A stretch of 63,893 nucleotides of DNA, counting the filler, from Candidatus Woesearchaeota archaeon (GTDB lineage: Archaea > Nanobdellota > Nanobdellia > Woesearchaeales > DATGWN01): assembly GCA_047603125.1 (NCBI GenBank). It is 5 parts of 5 records of this genome, joined end to end, with 100 filler letters (N's around TTAATTAATTAA, not from the genome) between each part and the next. Parts side by side here need not be neighbours in the genome. Positions count along the whole stretch, not along the records: positions 14,804 to 29,256 come from JBLKOU010000027.1; positions 29,357 to 43,693 come from JBLKOU010000028.1; 3 more parts are not named here. One strand, written 5' to 3'. The notes beneath the pieces are model-generated. The model was not told where the DNA came from. It ran no database searches and saw only the letters and a list, made by a program, of their open reading frames with translations. Both the position numbers and the translations under genes were made by a program. Positions 19,675 to 29,820 of the stretch are shown piece after piece. Numbering within the stretch: position 1 is the stretch's first letter; each line of letters starts with the position of its first letter.

Positions 19675-22155
19675 TTAGCTCTGTATTTCCACATCCCCTA
19701 TTGTCCAGAAGGCCGAGTTATTTTGTTGTATGTTTACCAATGTCTGCAGTTCTTCTTCGCTCAATGCTCTTTGAACAAAACCCAGCTCGTCTGCAAAACC
19801 TCTAAAGGACCAAGTACCTCTATCGACCCAGCCCCCTATATGTAAATCGTTCAAAGAAGGACCCCATTCTCCTGAAGGAGCTGAACGAGAAGTTATTAAG
19901 TTTCCATTATAGTACAGCCTAAGAGATGTGCCATCTCGAACTAATGCGAGATGAGTCCATTGTGAATAGTATCCTGAGAAACTTTGTTGGCTAGTGAAAT
20001 GTCCCGAGCTTGCAACTCGAGTTCTTGCCTCTACGTTACTACTCGTAAGCTCATGCAAATAAAGCTCATTTGTACTATCATCTCGAAAACCAAAGAGCGG
20101 CTGATGAATACCAAGGTTTTGAATATAAAACCACCCAAAAATCGTAGCTTGATCATGGCCACTTAATTGATCAGCGGTTTGTGAAATTATTATTCTTTGA
20201 CCACCACTTATTTGCGTTAAATTTTGCGCATAACCAACTAAACCATCCATTTGTACAATTTGTGAAGGTGCAGTTTTAAGACTTTCAAAATCATTCTGTG
20301 TTTCATCCTTTATGTGCGTGTTATTCTTGTCACTCATTGTGGAATAAAAGGCATGATGCTCACTCCACACATTATGCATCCCATACAAGTCATCATCAGC
20401 AAAATCAGAAGCTAAAGAATTGTTAAAGTACACAAAATACTCTGTCGGCGTATCCGTAGCAAGCTCATCAGCATAGAAATAGATAATACCACGTTTTTGT
20501 GAAGCATTAAAATCCCGTACTCCTCTTGCGAGTTGCGTTTGCCCATCAGCCAAAGTTATTCGTATATCCCTACCATCACTTTGAACGGAATCCCAAAAGT
20601 CATCGTCTGAGATTTGCGATAAATCAAAAACAGCACCATATGGGTAGGATGCATTTACAAGAGAGTCATCAGAAGAGATGGAAAAGCGATTCGACCAATC
20701 GTTAAAGATGTGGGTCTGATTACCATCCCACGCTACAGGAAGCACTTCTTCTTCAATCGTCACTTGCCTAAGAGACGTTTCTAATAATTGACCCTGTGTA
20801 TTAGAAGCGAATGCTTGAAAGCTATATGTTTGTGGTACTAAATTACTAAATGTCCGTTCATAATTATCTGCAGAAGCATTATATAAAGATTGAATTTCTG
20901 ATTCTGAGAGTGCGCGATTAAAAATCATCACTTGGTCAAGTGAGCCTGAGAAGTACGTTTCCCACACAGTCCCCGGAAGATGACGACCTAACTCTAATGG
21001 TGTTTCTGTTTCGCTCATTCTTTGATAACTGCTGCCAATAAATGTTTCTGAAGATACTAGTTGCCCATCCACATACAACTCTAGTTCTGCCGTCAAAGGG
21101 TCGCCACCTGGATGAACAACTGCCACATGCTTCCATTGACCTAAATAATTTGTAAAAGGTTCATCAGCAATTGTTCTTGCCCAGTTATTTACACCATCTC
21201 CTGCAGCCCCATCGATTCTATCAAGGCGTAAGATGCCCTCAGTTGTAACGAAAAACCGATATTCTCCGCCTTGACCAACATGCGTTGTAATATCATGTTT
21301 TTGTAATATGTAATTGTTGCTGTCATCTGATGCAATATTAATCCATGCACTCATAGTAAAAGGCAATTCTTGCGAACCCTGTACGAAATTAAATTGAGAA
21401 TTATGACCAATAGAAATATGATCCCCAACTCCATCAAAAGAAAACGCTTGGCCAAACCTGCCAGCAGTTTGCGTTGCACCAGTATTTAAACCATGGTGTT
21501 CTCCCATCTGATCGAGAACATGTGTTTCATTATACTCATCCATTCGCCACCAAGCAACTAAGGAATCATTCCAATTAAGAGCGATAAAGTAATCTGAAGG
21601 AAATGTAGATTCTGCACGAATAGTTACGTTTTCAGAAATTTGAGTTGACTGATGCGCGGGTGTTGGCGCAGTAAAATATAATTCCGGAACAAATGGATCA
21701 GGTATGGGTTCACCCGTGGCTAACCCCATAAGAGGAATTTCACCAAAATAGGTGTAACTTTGTTGTGTTCGTAAATTCATGTACACAAAGTCCACATGAA
21801 ACTGGTAATTCTGTGCCTGCGTGAGGGGTATTTCTAACTCAATAAGCACACTCTTTTGCTCACCGGGCTTTAATTCAATATGGGTTTGATGCGAAATGTC
21901 TTCTATGAGTATTTGCGTAATATTAATGGAATGCAATAAATTATTTTGTAGGGCAAAGAGCATATGTGAGTAATTAAACGTATGACCGACTATACCGATT
22001 TCACTCATTTTCCAATAGGATTCTGATGCTCTTGACTCAAAGGAGCTTGCCATCATTCCAAATTCTAAAAAAGGTATGAGAATTATAATAAGAATCACTA
22101 ATATGACACCTAATAGTATCAAATACTCCGTTGCACCCTGACTTTTTGTTTGCAT
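19675..22155 (-). CDS. Pilin-like protein with LamG, DUF2341-like and second LamG domains
   Basis: KS|QGATEYL; LVAWWRMDE, WKHVAVV, LYVDG, RALS..EI; SDGRDIRIT. Confidence 0.85.
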   Translation of the reverse strand: MQTKSQGATEYLILLGVILVILIIILIPFLEFGMMASSFESRASESYWKMSEIGIVGHTFNYSHMLFALQNNLLHSINITQILIEDISHQTHIELKPGEQKSVLIELEIPLTQAQNYQFHVDFVYMNLRTQQSYTYFGEIPLMGLATGEPIPDPFVPELYFTAPTPAHQSTQISENVTIRAESTFPSDYFIALNWNDSLVAWWRMDEYNETHVLDQMGEHHGLNTGATQTAGRFGQAFSFDGVGDHISIGHNSQFNFVQGSQELPFTMSAWINIASDDSNNYILQKHDITTHVGQGGEYRFFVTTEGILRLDRIDGAAGDGVNNWARTIADEPFTNYLGQWKHVAVVHPGGDPLTAELELYVDGQLVSSETFIGSSYQRMSETETPLELGRHLPGTVWETYFSGSLDQVMIFNRALSESEIQSLYNASADNYERTFSNLVPQTYSFQAFASNTQGQLLETSLRQVTIEEEVLPVAWDGNQTHIFNDWSNRFSISSDDSLVNASYPYGAVFDLSQISDDDFWDSVQSDGRDIRITLADGQTQLARGVRDFNASQKRGIIYFYADELATDTPTEYFVYFNNSLASDFADDDLYGMHNVWSEHHAFYSTMSDKNNTHIKDETQNDFESLKTAPSQIVQMDGLVGYAQNLTQISGGQRIIISQTADQLSGHDQATIFGWFYIQNLGIHQPLFGFRDDSTNELYLHELTSSNVEARTRVASSGHFTSQQSFSGYYSQWTHLALVRDGTSLRLYYNGNLITSRSAPSGEWGPSLNDLHIGGWVDRGTWSFRGFADELGFVQRALSEEELQTLVNIQQNNSAFWTIGDVEIQS

Positions 22156-22158
22156 TTG

Positions 22159-22863
22159 TTAAAAATTACCTATGAGTAGCAAGACGATATACATAAAGAT
22201 TCCGAAAATAAAGTAGGTTATAGGAGCCTGATCGTGACGAGGATGAAGTATTGTCGTAATTAAATAAACAAATGTCCCTCCAAAAAAGGCGTAGAACAAA
22301 ATAAGGGGAAAGTTGAACAGATGCGTGAGGGCGATTGCCAGAACAGAACCGATAAAAATCAAAAAGGGAAGAACAAATTTCTCATCAATGGTTTCTTTGG
22401 ACCACTTTGTCAAATCTTCATACAATAATGTTGTGGCAATAATGTGAAGCGTCAAGGGAACAAGTAAAATAAATGTCTGAAATAAATTTGTCTGATCATA
22501 GGTGTACACCAGTATGAATCCTGTAATAAAGTGAATCAAATGAATTCCTGCTGATCGAATGAATATAACTTTTTGTTTTATAGAAATTTGCTTGCCAAGT
22601 GCGGCAAATGTACGCTTTTCTGCTAAATAAAACCCGATATAACCGACAAACATGCTAAACGCTGCAACTCGTGCAAGCTCACCACTGTGAATAATGATTT
22701 CTGGAATTAACGTGAGAAAAATATATGCAAACATGAGTCCACCCGTCATATTAATAATGAGCTGACGATGCTTTTTTGCATGTGGCATTAAGTGCGTAAG
22801 AAAATATAAGAACAATGCATAACTCAAAGCAATAATGATGGGAAATATCTGTTGTTCAATCAT
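22159..22863 (-). CDS. Multi-pass membrane protein (possibly ZIP-like)
   Basis: About 8 TM helices; YIFLTLIPE motif and His residues in helices. Confidence 0.65.
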   Translation of the reverse strand: MIEQQIFPIIIALSYALFLYFLTHLMPHAKKHRQLIINMTGGLMFAYIFLTLIPEIIIHSGELARVAAFSMFVGYIGFYLAEKRTFAALGKQISIKQKVIFIRSAGIHLIHFITGFILVYTYDQTNLFQTFILLVPLTLHIIATTLLYEDLTKWSKETIDEKFVLPFLIFIGSVLAIALTHLFNFPLILFYAFFGGTFVYLITTILHPRHDQAPITYFIFGIFMYIVLLLIGNF

Positions 22864-23000
22864 ACGTATTATGAGAAAGTCCAGTTTATAAAGAATTCAC
22901 ACCACTTTCAAGTTAAAAAAAAGAAGCCATAGCCTAAAAAGGCTAGGCAAAACAGACCTTCAACCACGTCGTTTGGGGGTGACTGCACAGTTGAGGCAAG

Positions 23001-23028
23001 AAAAAAATGGTACCTCAAAGAGTACCAT
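23001..23028 (-). terminator. Hairpin + U-tract directly after ftsZ
   Basis: ATGGTAC-8nt-GTACCAT followed by T-run on the minus strand. Confidence 0.65.
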
Positions 23029-23032
23029 GAGT

Positions 23033-24097
23033 TTAACGAACAATCTCAATTCCTAGCTCATCGCTCATTTTTTGAGATTGCGCTTGTTTTTCAGATTGTG
23101 TAACCTGTCCAACTATGTATGGAGATTTTACTCCTGTCATAATTGTCATCACAACCAATTTTCCTTTCATGTCTTCAGTAACACGTGCTCCCCAGATACA
23201 GTTTGCATCAGGATCCATGCTTGTTGTTACTAATTCACCAACATGATTGATTTCTTCAAGCGTCAAATCCGGTCCGCCATGGATATGTAAGAGTGCACCA
23301 CTTGCTCCCTCATAGCTAATATCTAAGAGAGGATTGCTAAGCGCACCATTTACTGCTTCTTCCACACGGTTTGTTGTATCAGATGATCCAACACCAATTG
23401 CTGCAACACCACCATTTGTCATAATCGCTTTTACATCCGCATAATCCAAGTTTACCAAGGACGGAACTGCGATTGTCTCAACAATACCTTTAATCATTGT
23501 TGAAATTAACTCATTTGCAACTGCAAATGCTTGTTGAATTGGGAGGTTCCCTGCAATTTCAACTAATTTATTATTATCTATAACAATTACTGTATCACAC
23601 ACCTGCCGTAATTGCTGTAAAGCAAACTCTGCTTTGTCCACTCGTGCTCGCTCGATTTTAAATGGCATCGTGACTGTTCCAATGACAATGGAGCCCATTT
23701 CTTTCGCAAGACCTGCCACATATGGAGCTGAACCTGAACCCGTTCCACCACCAAGACCTGCACATACAAAGACCATGTCTGCGCCTTTAATAGATTCTTT
23801 TAATTCTGAAGCTGTTTCTCTTGCTGCTTCCATACCAACTTCAGCATATCCGCCTGCACCAAGACCACGTGTTTTTTCTTTTCCAATCAAAATTTTGTGA
23901 TCAGCTTCAATCATTTTCAAATGTTGTAAGTCAGTATTACACGCGATAATTTCTGCGCCTCGTACACTTTTTTTGTAAAGCCAGTTTACTGCGTTTCCAC
24001 CGCCACCGCCACATCCTACTACTTTAATGTTTGCGCTGCCGACTTGTATGTCGTTTTCCATGTTCGTGTTTTTTGCGTTTTGTACAATAAAATCCAT
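23033..24097 (-). CDS. ftsZ: Cell division protein FtsZ (probably FtsZ2 type)
   Basis: GCGGGGGNA, GGGTGSG, NLDYAD. Confidence 0.97.
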   Translation of the reverse strand: MDFIVQNAKNTNMENDIQVGSANIKVVGCGGGGGNAVNWLYKKSVRGAEIIACNTDLQHLKMIEADHKILIGKEKTRGLGAGGYAEVGMEAARETASELKESIKGADMVFVCAGLGGGTGSGSAPYVAGLAKEMGSIVIGTVTMPFKIERARVDKAEFALQQLRQVCDTVIVIDNNKLVEIAGNLPIQQAFAVANELISTMIKGIVETIAVPSLVNLDYADVKAIMTNGGVAAIGVGSSDTTNRVEEAVNGALSNPLLDISYEGASGALLHIHGGPDLTLEEINHVGELVTTSMDPDANCIWGARVTEDMKGKLVVMTIMTGVKSPYIVGQVTQSEKQAQSQKMSDELGIEIVR

Positions 24098-24397
24098 GTT
24101 TTTTTCCCCCTTATGAGTGGTTTGTTGTGTGTATCATTTGTTCGAATGATTATGATAGTTTTATAGAGCTGTCGCTATTATAGTCTGTAAACTATATATA
24201 GTTGAACCTAAGTATTTTTAAGTAAGTTCGCCCTATGTATTCTTAGAAGTTAACCAATGTTTCCTAACTCGCCAAAGTTATGGAAATCGCCAATTCAAAC
24301 AGTTGTTCGCCAAAACAACTTTCTTATACTTATTATTTTGAAGTTTAGTATTTAAATAATTAATGGTTTTCTAGTGTGTATGTTTGAAAGATTGTTT

Positions 24398-25981
24398 TTA
24401 ACTACGGACGCAACGGTATGGTCTGGGAGAGGGAATTCCTTCTCCCAGACCCCAAATTCTTCCTATATTAGAAGCAGAAGTTCTATTATATATTATAGCA
24501 TATCGAGCTTCCCCCAAAGGTCGAGAAGTTGAAGTTGACCAAAAACCTGATGTAGTAGGCCAAGATAAAGCAGAATGTTGGCGAGAATCTTCTGTGAAAT
24601 CAACCAAAGTATAAGCTTCCAAGACGGTAGGCAAGCGCCAATCTTCAAAGCCACCCAAATTGGAGTTTTCACAACTCTCCAGAGCCGGGGCCCAGAGAGC
24701 TGAACTAAACCCTTTTTGCCAGTAAAGACTCGTATCAACATCTAACACAAAGTCACCTAATTCTTCGAATTGTTTATTCCCCGTTTGTAATGCGGGATAC
24801 TCAGTTCCTCGAACGCAAACCGTTTGAAAACTTCTAGCAGAATCTTCTAAAAGAGTTATAGGAGAAAATACATGTCGAAGAACGTACGAATCTTCAGATA
24901 TCGTCGGATCTGAAGTTGAAGACCAGAGAGTTCTTTCAGAAGAATTTTCACCTGGAAAAAACCATCCCGGGAAAGAATTGGACAAATTCTCAAAATTTAT
25001 TGCCGATACTAGCTCAAGAATGCTTGGAACACGCCAATCAGACTCACCGGCAAGATCCAATCCATCACAAGTTTCAACAGCTTGCGAATGATTTTGCAAA
25101 CCGCGCTTATCAGTCCAGTATAATCTCGTATGTTCGTCTCTAACGACACCTGGTCCAATTATCGTATAACGCTTGGCACGCCCATCGTGGTATGCGTCAT
25201 CATAAGTTGCCCACACTGTTGTTTGACCAGTATGCAGGCCTAGTGCAAAATAAAACAACGAATAATCAAACCCTTCGCAAACAAAGGTCATATTTGCAGC
25301 CACATTTGGTAAAGAAGGAGAAAAATCCTTTCTGAAAAATAAAGTATCCTTGAATCGCAATTGACGAGTCAAATCTGTAAATGTCGTTATTTGCCCTGAC
25401 TGATTAATAGTCAAGTTTGCATAAAGAGACTCCTCAGGGCAATGAAAGCGAAGAGCACTTAATTGATTGAGTGGATTCTCGTCATCATCACATTCTTCCC
25501 ATAAAAGCGAATTTCCAAACCGACATTCCACCGGACGCTCCGTAACATTAAGCGGATCAGCACAAGCACCACAGCATAAAAATACCCCATAATCCGGAGA
25601 ACGGTAGAGCTGATGTTCTTGATTGCAATTTGGATCCAAAGTTCCATTAATTTGAAATCGTTCAGGTAGAAATAATATGAATTCACCAGAAGAGTCATTA
25701 ATACGAATATCTTGACCCCCAATAATGGAAGCAGAGTATCCGTGCGGAATAATTGAATCAAACTCAAAATCATATCGAGAACCAGCTACAGAGCGATGCG
25801 TAAACTCAATAATGGAGCGCAAATCAGTTGCAATACTTTCTTTTGTTAAAACTTCACCTTCTTGGAGAAGTGAAGAATATCCTTGAGATAAAAATAGAAA
25901 GAGTAGCGAAAATACAAATAAAACTACGCCAAACATAATTAAAAATTCTACTGCGTTTTGTCCTTTTCTTACTCGTGCCAT
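24398..25981 (-). CDS. Pilin-like protein with two DUF1566 (Lcl C-terminal) domains
   Basis: RKG|QNAVEFL; two D..T.LYW...DWR(L/V)P...E...CVR units. Confidence 0.85.
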   Translation of the reverse strand: MARVRKGQNAVEFLIMFGVVLFVFSLLFLFLSQGYSSLLQEGEVLTKESIATDLRSIIEFTHRSVAGSRYDFEFDSIIPHGYSASIIGGQDIRINDSSGEFILFLPERFQINGTLDPNCNQEHQLYRSPDYGVFLCCGACADPLNVTERPVECRFGNSLLWEECDDDENPLNQLSALRFHCPEESLYANLTINQSGQITTFTDLTRQLRFKDTLFFRKDFSPSLPNVAANMTFVCEGFDYSLFYFALGLHTGQTTVWATYDDAYHDGRAKRYTIIGPGVVRDEHTRLYWTDKRGLQNHSQAVETCDGLDLAGESDWRVPSILELVSAINFENLSNSFPGWFFPGENSSERTLWSSTSDPTISEDSYVLRHVFSPITLLEDSARSFQTVCVRGTEYPALQTGNKQFEELGDFVLDVDTSLYWQKGFSSALWAPALESCENSNLGGFEDWRLPTVLEAYTLVDFTEDSRQHSALSWPTTSGFWSTSTSRPLGEARYAIIYNRTSASNIGRIWGLGEGIPSPRPYRCVRS

Positions 25982-26415
25982 ATTGAAATATTTGTACCAC
26001 ATTTACGCAGCACCAATTCTTTTCTGCCCGGAGTTGAGATGTAGTCTAATAAATCATCAGGCGGCTCCACAGTCGTACAATTCCCAAAATACAAATCTCG
26101 TCGAGAAAAGAATAATAAATCAGTCTCACCGCGCTGACTTCGAACCGAAAATACCAAATCTCGATTATTATTTATACTCATATTTGTTACCGTGACTGGT
26201 AAGGTAAACGAAATCGTGTCAAATGTCCCAACACCTGCAGAATAAATAAACTCGGATGTTTCTAAGATTAAATTTCCAACAGTTATAACTTGATCAACGC
26301 CAGCCTCACTTGTTAAATCACTACTTTGCGTGAATGCAAACATGAGAGCAAGGCCAAATACAAAAAGTGCCAAGCCAATAATCATTAAATATTCAACACT
26401 ATATTGTCCCTTCAT
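25969..26415 (-). CDS. Class III signal peptide pilin-like protein
   Basis: MKG|QYSVEYL plus hydrophobic helix. Confidence 0.85.
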   Translation of the reverse strand: MKGQYSVEYLMIIGLALFVFGLALMFAFTQSSDLTSEAGVDQVITVGNLILETSEFIYSAGVGTFDTISFTLPVTVTNMSINNNRDLVFSVRSQRGETDLLFFSRRDLYFGNCTTVEPPDDLLDYISTPGRKELVLRKCGTNISIWHE

Positions 26416-28967
26416 TTCATCTGCCTCACCGATAAAAATACAAACACAAACATAAATATGATAATAACCCCTATTAAGTAAACCCATAAATTCACATTTT
26501 CAGCACCAGGATCTGTTAACTGGACTGCTGATGCACTCGATGATGATTCTCTCGATTCTGCCTCTTGCGACGTCTCATCTTCTGTTGAAGAAATGTTCTT
26601 AACTGGTTGTCGCAGTCGCTCTTCAAGTGTAGGATCTAAAAACGCCAATGTTGTTCCATTTGTGTATCGTATCAAAATTGGATCTGTTTGTGTGTCCAAT
26701 GCTAAACCACGAGGTATACGAAGCGAATAATTAATTACTTGATTGGGTAAAACCTCGAACTCGACTTCTTGAATTTGCTCCTCCCCTGGAAATTCGATGA
26801 CACCTTCAATAGGAACAGTCACATTATTTTGAAGCTGCACATGAACGAGTGCCGAGTCATTTTGATCAAAATCCAAGTACTTTGTAGCAAATAAAATTGG
26901 AATATTTGTTAAGCGATATGTTACCGAAGGTTTACTCACATTAATGAGATCCACAATATTACCTTCGCCCGTTGATGGCAGATCATGAATAACGACAAAT
27001 TGGCCAAAGTCAATATTGTCTCCAAACTGTCTTGGTCGAACGGATAATCGCCATGTGACTGTGTCTCCGGGCTCAATTCGCTCAAATTCAAACTTCGTTT
27101 CATCCAAAGGATCAAATCCTGTCCCCGGTATGTATTCAATTCGCACATTTTCAAAAATTAAAAAATCCTCGGACGTGAGTTCTACTTGCACATTTGCAGG
27201 ATTTCCAAAAAAGTATGACGGATGTCGCACAGTTACTTTTGGCGCTTCTTCAAGCGGACTTGCGATAGGCATCGTTAAATTCACTTGCATATATGCCTCT
27301 TCAATCCACACATTTGTGAGTAAAAACCGCTCTTTTTCATCTCGAGGTTGAATAAAATTAAATGCATGAGCCGTTTGTTTTGTTACGCCACCGACAATGT
27401 AGGTCTGATCCAGTGTAGCAATACGAGAAAAGATTGATCTTTCTGCCGATATTACATCTGTTGGTAAAAGCGTTTGTATCTCAATATTACTTAAAGGCAA
27501 ATCTTGTAGTTTATTTTCAGCTGTTATTACGCCGCGCACTTGTGCATTCCCACGTACTTGCGAATCATCTATAACATGGCGAATTTCTAAAGCTTCTTCA
27601 AAGGAGAGAATCTCTAATTCATACTCATCATTAAACTCCTTTGTTCTCCTTTGCCCGTCAACAATGACTTCGTATGTGGCGTTAATAATGATAGGAATGG
27701 TGACCTTTGATTCTACCTGATCAGGCATGTATAAAAAACTTCCAACTGTTTTTGCTTGTTCTTTGCGTAAATAGTCTAAAAAAAATGTTTGGTTCTCGAA
27801 AATGTCCGAGTGAATTTTGACATCCATGTTGTGTACATCTTTATCTTCGATTGCAAAAAAATTCACCCAAATTGCCTGCTCCAAGCCACCAATTGTCGGG
27901 TTTGATCGGGGGCGAAGTTCTGTTTTGAAGTATTGGATTTCTTTGATTTCTTCAGCTTTCATCTCTCTTATATCGAGAACATTCTCGCCAAAGATCGGTT
28001 TTGTATATTGCGAATTTGTTAATGTCAATTCATGAGAAACAGGATATTTACCAGCTGGCGCTTGAAATAAAAATGAAAAATACTCAGTATCTCCCGCAGG
28101 TATAGTTCCTTTCCATGTTGTATTTCCCTCCACATTTCTAAACTCCAGAGGTAATGTAGTCTTAAAATCACCCACATGTGCAGGAACATCCAAATTATTT
28201 TTCAAAATATATGTGAAATTATAACGATTATGTTCTAATAAGGTGCTTCCATTTAAAAGTGCCGTGACGGTTACTGGTTGCAATGCTTCGATTGTCAATG
28301 ACGATGAGCGAAATGTAATTTTCTCACCTGAAAACGTATATTCACCATCTGCAACTAATGTTGCACGAACATCATCTTGTGCTTCAAAGACTGCAATGAA
28401 TCTTCTTGTCTCACCCGGTTGTAAGCGATTTGCTCGAAATAAGACGCTATTTTGCTCACGAGAAGCATCAATTACTCGTTTTAATTGTAATCCTTGCGGG
28501 TATGCATCAATATATTCTAAGGACTCTAATGTGCGTTGTCCTGTATTTCTTAACTCCGTTGTTATGCGAAACTCATCACCAACAATTGGATTTGTCGTTG
28601 TTGCCTCACGCGTAATTTCTAACTGAGGCAATCGTGAATGGACTTGAATAGACGCTGCTGAAAATCCCCCTAATGTTTGCGGATTAACGCGACAATTATA
28701 TTTCGAATCCACGCTGCAAGAATCAGGTTCATACGCACCAATACAAATTTCAAAAATTCCATGATCACGACAACTCCCATATTGATACAAACGCGTATCT
28801 TCAAAATCAATTGTTATCCGTGCTGAACCGGAACCAAGCACAACTTCTATGTTCCTTCCAGAAACTTCTAATGTTTGATGCGAATAAATTGTATCACTGT
28901 GTAATAGTGTTGCAAATACGGATGGTAAAAACAGTAATACACCAAATACAAGTAAAAGTTTGCGCAT
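26412..28967 (-). CDS. Large Ig-fold surface protein (DUF11/S-layer-like)
   Basis: Signal peptide, LRNTG...L.PGE repeats, C-terminal TM, many N-x-S/T sequons. Confidence 0.75.
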   Translation of the reverse strand: MRKLLLVFGVLLFLPSVFATLLHSDTIYSHQTLEVSGRNIEVVLGSGSARITIDFEDTRLYQYGSCRDHGIFEICIGAYEPDSCSVDSKYNCRVNPQTLGGFSAASIQVHSRLPQLEITREATTTNPIVGDEFRITTELRNTGQRTLESLEYIDAYPQGLQLKRVIDASREQNSVLFRANRLQPGETRRFIAVFEAQDDVRATLVADGEYTFSGEKITFRSSSLTIEALQPVTVTALLNGSTLLEHNRYNFTYILKNNLDVPAHVGDFKTTLPLEFRNVEGNTTWKGTIPAGDTEYFSFLFQAPAGKYPVSHELTLTNSQYTKPIFGENVLDIREMKAEEIKEIQYFKTELRPRSNPTIGGLEQAIWVNFFAIEDKDVHNMDVKIHSDIFENQTFFLDYLRKEQAKTVGSFLYMPDQVESKVTIPIIINATYEVIVDGQRRTKEFNDEYELEILSFEEALEIRHVIDDSQVRGNAQVRGVITAENKLQDLPLSNIEIQTLLPTDVISAERSIFSRIATLDQTYIVGGVTKQTAHAFNFIQPRDEKERFLLTNVWIEEAYMQVNLTMPIASPLEEAPKVTVRHPSYFFGNPANVQVELTSEDFLIFENVRIEYIPGTGFDPLDETKFEFERIEPGDTVTWRLSVRPRQFGDNIDFGQFVVIHDLPSTGEGNIVDLINVSKPSVTYRLTNIPILFATKYLDFDQNDSALVHVQLQNNVTVPIEGVIEFPGEEQIQEVEFEVLPNQVINYSLRIPRGLALDTQTDPILIRYTNGTTLAFLDPTLEERLRQPVKNISSTEDETSQEAESRESSSSASAVQLTDPGAENVNLWVYLIGVIIIFMFVFVFLSVRQMK

Positions 28968-29040
28968 ACATGTTTTTTGGAAAGTTGTCTTTATAAATTT
29001 TTTAGCAATTTCAAGGTTTGTGTAAAAATAAAAAGAAATA

Positions 29041-29177
29041 AGCAATATTACCTTGATGCCTCATTACGACATGGCGCGATTGTTTGAAAGCTTCTTTCAA
29101 ACTTGAGGATGAAAATCCGAAAATATGCAGCGCCTCGTCGGCAAGATACGCGAGTCCAAATCAATCGTAATATTGCT
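29041..29177 (+). ncRNA. Structured repeat, form C'' (stems rewritten)
   Basis: AGCAATATTAC-CTT-GAT...form C core...ATC-GTAATATTGCT. Confidence 0.75.
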
Positions 29178-29181
29178 GTAA

Positions 29182-29256
29182 AATAACAAAAGTTCGCTGC
29201 TCGAAGCTAATTGAAAAACACAAGTTTTTCAAACCCAGAAAACTAGAAAGTTTTCT
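29182..29256 (+). repeat. Repeat D (double hairpin)
   Basis: Reverse complement of 53401-53475; partial copy at about 560-597. Confidence 0.85.
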
Positions 29257-29356
29257 NNNNNNNNNNNNNNNNNNNNNNNNNNNNNNNNNNNNNNNNNNNN
29301 TTAATTAATTAANNNNNNNNNNNNNNNNNNNNNNNNNNNNNNNNNNNNNNNNNNNN
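29257..29356. other. Artificial contig spacer
   Basis: N-run + TTAATTAATTAA + N-run. Confidence 0.99.
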
Positions 29357-29496
29357 CCGGTAAAATCTTCAAACAGATATAATTATAATGCGGCAATTTT
29401 AGAACGGTGGTTCATCTTGCGAATTTCTCCGGTGCCAAGCTTCGCGGAATTCTGATTTTGCGCCAAGGCATTATAATTTTGTATTGTCGTCGACTA
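29357..29496 (-). repeat. Structured repeat, form B, copy 1
   Basis: Inverted homolog of 35114-35257; ATTATAATGC-GGC...GCC-AAG-GCATTATAAT. Confidence 0.85.
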
Positions 29497-29539
29497 GAGA
29501 AACAATACTCTTTTAAATAGAAAATAAATCACAATATCT

Positions 29540-29812
29540 ATGAACCAAGACCAAACAAATTCAAAAGAAGAATCAACGACAAAACAAGACCAGCATGAAT
29601 GTTGTGGTGGTGGATGTTGCTCAGACGATCATCAACACTCCCATGCATCAGCACACCAGCTTGAAGAGATTGCCTACAATAATCATGTTCTTTTACAATC
29701 ACTCATAACACTACTTGTGAAAAAAAACATCATCACTGAAACGGACTTTCAGCAACAAATCGACCAATTATTTAAGCAGAAAGCACCCGAAGAAGAACCA
29801 AAACAAGAGTAA
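29540..29812 (+). CDS. Small Cys/His-rich protein
   Basis: ECCGGGCCSDDHQHSH; LITLLVKKNIITE. Confidence 0.7.
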   Translation: MNQDQTNSKEESTTKQDQHECCGGGCCSDDHQHSHASAHQLEEIAYNNHVLLQSLITLLVKKNIITETDFQQQIDQLFKQKAPEEEPKQE

Positions 29813-29820
29813 TTTCAAAA

